Below, one piece after another: positions 61,302 to 64,000 of a stretch of DNA of 64,000 nucleotides. A model generated the notes under the pieces. That model was not told the origin of the DNA, made no database searches, and saw nothing but the letters and a program-made list of their open reading frames with translations. A program made the position numbers and the translations under genes. Every line of letters begins with the position of its first letter. Positions within the stretch are counted from its first letter, which is position 1. The stretch is taken from positions 124,001 to 188,000 of the IMG/VR virus record IMGVR_UViG_3300023174_000042; one strand, given 5' to 3'.

Positions 61302-61330
61302 ATTCTAATAAATTATTATATTTATATCAA
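61302..61330 (-). promoter_or_regulatory. Early/middle promoter TTGATA-N17-TAGAAT, overlapping the opposite-strand late element of bS21
   Basis: Hexamers at 61325-61330 and 61302-61307; + strand TATTTAT at 61319-61325. Confidence 0.5.
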
Positions 61331-61343
61331 CAAACAAAAAAAT

Positions 61344-61532
61344 ATGTTAATTGTAGAAGTAAAAAAAAGTAATATTGAAAAGGCTTTAAAAGATTTAAAA
61401 GGAAAAGTTATTAGAACTAAACAAAATAATATTCTTTTTGAAAGAAAGGAATTTGTCAAACCCTCTGTAATAAAAAGAGAACAAACTAAAAAAGCGATTT
61501 ATAACCAAAAATCTAAAATCCAAAAAGATTAA
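61344..61532 (+). CDS. rpsU: Ribosomal protein bS21
   Basis: 62 aa: MLIVEVKKSNIEKALKDLKGKV...RKEFVKPSVIKRE..KKAIYNQ. The true start is the internal ATG at 61344. Confidence 0.85.
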   Translation: MLIVEVKKSNIEKALKDLKGKVIRTKQNNILFERKEFVKPSVIKREQTKKAIYNQKSKIQKD

Positions 61533-62245
61533 AGACCTTCGTTTAATTTTTTTATTTTATAATAATTCAGTTCTGAAAATGATTCCTTTTGTAATTTGAC
61601 TAAAACCTCATCAATAGTTTTGATTGTATCTATGTCAGATTGATTTTCTTTTTGTGTAGTAAGTTTAGAAATAACATTTTCCTTTTCGTTATTATAATTT
61701 TCTAACAACGATTGTTTTGGTGTTTTCAAAATAGTTTTAAGTTCTTTTCTTTCAGATTCAGAAAGTGTAGATATGAATTTAGAAATAGTTTTGTTTGCCA
61801 CAGACACCATAGAGTTCAAAGGAACTTTAATAATTTCTTTTTTTTCTTTTTGTGGTTCTTTCAAACTTTCTAAAATTAATTTTTTACTTTTAATTTTATG
61901 TTCTAAAGCCAATACGTTTGTGGAAAATAAATTATCAATGTTTTTGTAAGAATTTTCACATTTGTTATGACCGGCCCAAGCATTTAATTCTTTTAGTTGT
62001 GTTGGTTGAATTTTATTTATCAAATTTTCGTAAGCAATAATTGATTCGTTTACAAACTCAACGGCCATATTTTCTGATAAACCTTTTTTTGTTGATAACT
62101 CATCATACAAGAAAAAAAGTTTAGAAATATTTTTATTTTTTAAAACCAACTCTTCAAAAATAAAAAAATTATCTTTAAATAAATTTTTCTTGTAAGACTC
62201 AGTAAGTTGATTTTCTATTTTTGATTTTATTTCACCAAATTTCAT
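61529..62245 (-). CDS. Hypothetical head-module protein
   Basis: Start at MKFGEIK, after TATTTAT at 62262-62268. Confidence 0.6.
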   Translation of the reverse strand: MKFGEIKSKIENQLTESYKKNLFKDNFFIFEELVLKNKNISKLFFLYDELSTKKGLSENMAVEFVNESIIAYENLINKIQPTQLKELNAWAGHNKCENSYKNIDNLFSTNVLALEHKIKSKKLILESLKEPQKEKKEIIKVPLNSMVSVANKTISKFISTLSESERKELKTILKTPKQSLLENYNNEKENVISKLTTQKENQSDIDTIKTIDEVLVKLQKESFSELNYYKIKKLNEGL

Positions 62246-62268
62246 TTTTTTTGTTTTTTTTATAAATA

Positions 62269-62727
62269 TCAACTTATTTTATTTATTTCATCTATTTCCG
62301 TTTCACTAGTTTCTTCATCATATTCGTCTCGGTCAATCATCTCACCATTCCACCAATCATATCCACCAAACCAAGAAGTATAATCTTCAACACCTTCTAT
62401 GTCATCAAAGTAGCTTTCATATGTATTTTTCCAATACTCTATAACTTGAATACTTGCATATCTTTTTGTTACAATTTCATATTCGTGTAACTCAGGTATG
62501 TTAATTTCTTCAGTTAAATAATTTGGGTTATCTCTATAGAGCGCAAAAACAAACTCAATATCTTTATTATTAATATTCATTCCAATATCATTAAAAATGT
62601 CCCTTACGATTTTTTGATTTGAGCTGGATATTAATTGTCTTCCATCACCAAATTGTTCAATACCTTCATTCATTCTTTTTAGAATAAACTTTAAATTTTT
62701 TTGTGGTAGTTTTTCTAATTTACTCAT
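62269..62727 (-). CDS. Hypothetical protein
   Basis: 152 aa with an acidic C-terminus; TATTTAT at 62732-62738. Confidence 0.6.
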   Translation of the reverse strand: MSKLEKLPQKNLKFILKRMNEGIEQFGDGRQLISSSNQKIVRDIFNDIGMNINNKDIEFVFALYRDNPNYLTEEINIPELHEYEIVTKRYASIQVIEYWKNTYESYFDDIEGVEDYTSWFGGYDWWNGEMIDRDEYDEETSETEIDEINKIS

Positions 62728-62738
62728 GTTAATAAATA

Positions 62739-64000
62739 TTAGTCACCAAGAAGTTTTGAAAGATGGTCGTCTAAATCACCTAGTGTGCTATTAACTTTTT
62801 GAAAATCCAAAAATTCATCTTCATCAAAATCATCATCCAAAGATTCTAAAATCAATTTATTTTTATCTTTTTTTATCGACTCTGGTACTGGGGGTGGTGC
62901 CCCTCCTTCAGGTCCAGATGGAGGTGGTGGTGGTGCTCCACCGCCCGCTTCTTCACCAGCAGGGGCCGCTCCTCCACTAGTGGGTGTTCCTCCTGTTACT
63001 GGTTGATAAAGTCTATCTACGGTGCTAAAAATACCTGTCTTAGTGATTATTGTCGCGGTGTTATCGAGTTCTGCAGAAACCGCTCTTTCCATTCTAATTT
63101 GTAATAATTCATTTTTAATTTCATCATCAGAAAAACCAAAAATATGTTTTTTAGCCCAAGTTGCTGAAGTTGGTTGAATTGATTTAGCGATTTCACTAAC
63201 CATATCTTTATACAACGTTACTTTTTCTTTCCAAACATCAATCATTAGAAGGTCCGCTTGTTTTGATGGATTTGTAAGTTGTAATGTAAAATTTGATAAT
63301 TCATCTTCAAAACCCATTAAATATAAATGAATAATTGCGATTTTATTCATTTCGGCAATGGCCGATTTTTGAATTCTATTAATCGTTCTAGCAAATCTAA
63401 TATCCAAAAGAGAAAGATTTTTTCCATCACCAACTGGTTCTTCAAACCCAAGATACGCTTTAGGAACCCTTAATGCCGTGACCAATTTCTTTTGAATATA
63501 TTCAATATCAGCAATTTCAGAAAGGTTTGTTGCTCCCGGTAATGTATCAATCGGACTTGCTTGAGTGGCATCACGAACAGGTATGAAATAATCTTGATCC
63601 ACCGCCATTTGATTAAAACGTAAATCAACGTTTCCGGTTTTTCTATCAACAACCTGATCTCTTTTAAATTTGTTGGCAACTCTTTGAACATATGGTTCAA
63701 CATCTTTATCATCCATGTTCCCAACAAATACTTTAAACACCCTTCTTTCAGGAGCTCTTGATGTTCTATAAATTAACATCGCATCTTCAGATAAAACCAA
63801 TTGTTTCCAAATACGACGTGCTTTTTCTAACATTGACGTTCCATAAGGAAGTTTTCTATCATCACCCAATAATCTAAAGTGAGCAACTTCCCAAGTGTTA
63901 AACTCGGCGTCTCTTGCTTTCCATGAAAACTTTAAAGCCTTTCTGTTAACGTTTATTGTTGATTGAAAAGTTCTAGAATCCATACCCCTTTCTAATCTTT
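62739..64000 (-). CDS. Portal protein (T4 gp20-like), 5'-truncated by the window edge
   Basis: PYGTSMLEKAR, EDAMLIYRTSRAPERRVF, DYFIPVR, IDTLPG, ALRVPKAYL, DIRFARTI. The frame stays open (RLERG) upstream of the called Met. Confidence 0.92.
   Translation of the reverse strand, partial: RLERGMDSRTFQSTINVNRKALKFSWKARDAEFNTWEVAHFRLLGDDRKLPYGTSMLEKARRIWKQLVLSEDAMLIYRTSRAPERRVFKVFVGNMDDKDVEPYVQRVANKFKRDQVVDRKTGNVDLRFNQMAVDQDYFIPVRDATQASPIDTLPGATNLSEIADIEYIQKKLVTALRVPKAYLGFEEPVGDGKNLSLLDIRFARTINRIQKSAIAEMNKIAIIHLYLMGFEDELSNFTLQLTNPSKQADLLMIDVWKEKVTLYKDMVSEIAKSIQPTSATWAKKHIFGFSDDEIKNELLQIRMERAVSAELDNTATIITKTGIFSTVDRLYQPVTGGTPTSGGAAPAGEEAGGGAPPPPPSGPEGGAPPPVPESIKKDKNKLILESLDDDFDEDEFLDFQKVNSTLGDLDDHLSKLLGD

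Noticed and set aside
61218-61343. N-terminal 42 aa of the called 104-aa ORF
   Set aside because: Overlaps the opposite gene and its promoter; bS21 homology starts at the ATG at 61344.
1-64000. Stop-codon recoding, introns/inteins, tRNAs
   Set aside because: Conserved genes (polB, MCP, portal, gmd) are intact in code 11 without interruptions, and intergenic gaps show no tRNA cloverleaf.

Overview
A 64-kb, AT-rich, densely coding segment of a large T4-like (Myoviridae-type) jumbo phage genome in the standard genetic code. The host is probably a Bacteroidota: the window has a Bacteroidota-like bS21, a DUF4494-like gene, one TTTG-N19-TAnnTTTG promoter, and A-rich, SD-less translation starts. 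Left to right it contains: (i) an IrrE-like peptidase/SOD/nuclease-like fusion, a neck protein and a family-B DNA polymerase; (ii) a roughly 22-kb block in which mucin-like (Thr-Pro)n, collagen-like (Gly-Thr-Ser)n and coiled-coil virion-type proteins are interleaved with putative protein-glycosylation enzymes (GT60 GlcNAc-transferase, two HtrL-like proteins, a GT4 fused to an Aah/TibC-type O-glycosyltransferase, DUF2827) and a J-domain protein; (iii) a roughly 15-kb glycan/nucleotide operon with GT2s, GT4s, GT10, GT11, a NodZ-like GT, Gmd, a mini-DegT, an acetyltransferase, FkbM, dUTPase, an exonuclease and PhoH, ending in a gp55-like late sigma factor; (iv) baseplate/spike-type genes, two HNH endonucleases, and the head module (MCP, scaffold, prohead protease, partial portal) with an antisense-oriented ribosomal protein bS21. 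The best candidate for an undescribed system is a phage-encoded virion protein O-glycosylation ('glycocalyx') machinery whose acceptor proteins are encoded next to it. A TATTTAT element precedes about 20 late genes. No tRNA, rRNA or CRISPR array was seen. All family assignments come from motif recognition by eye, not from database searches.
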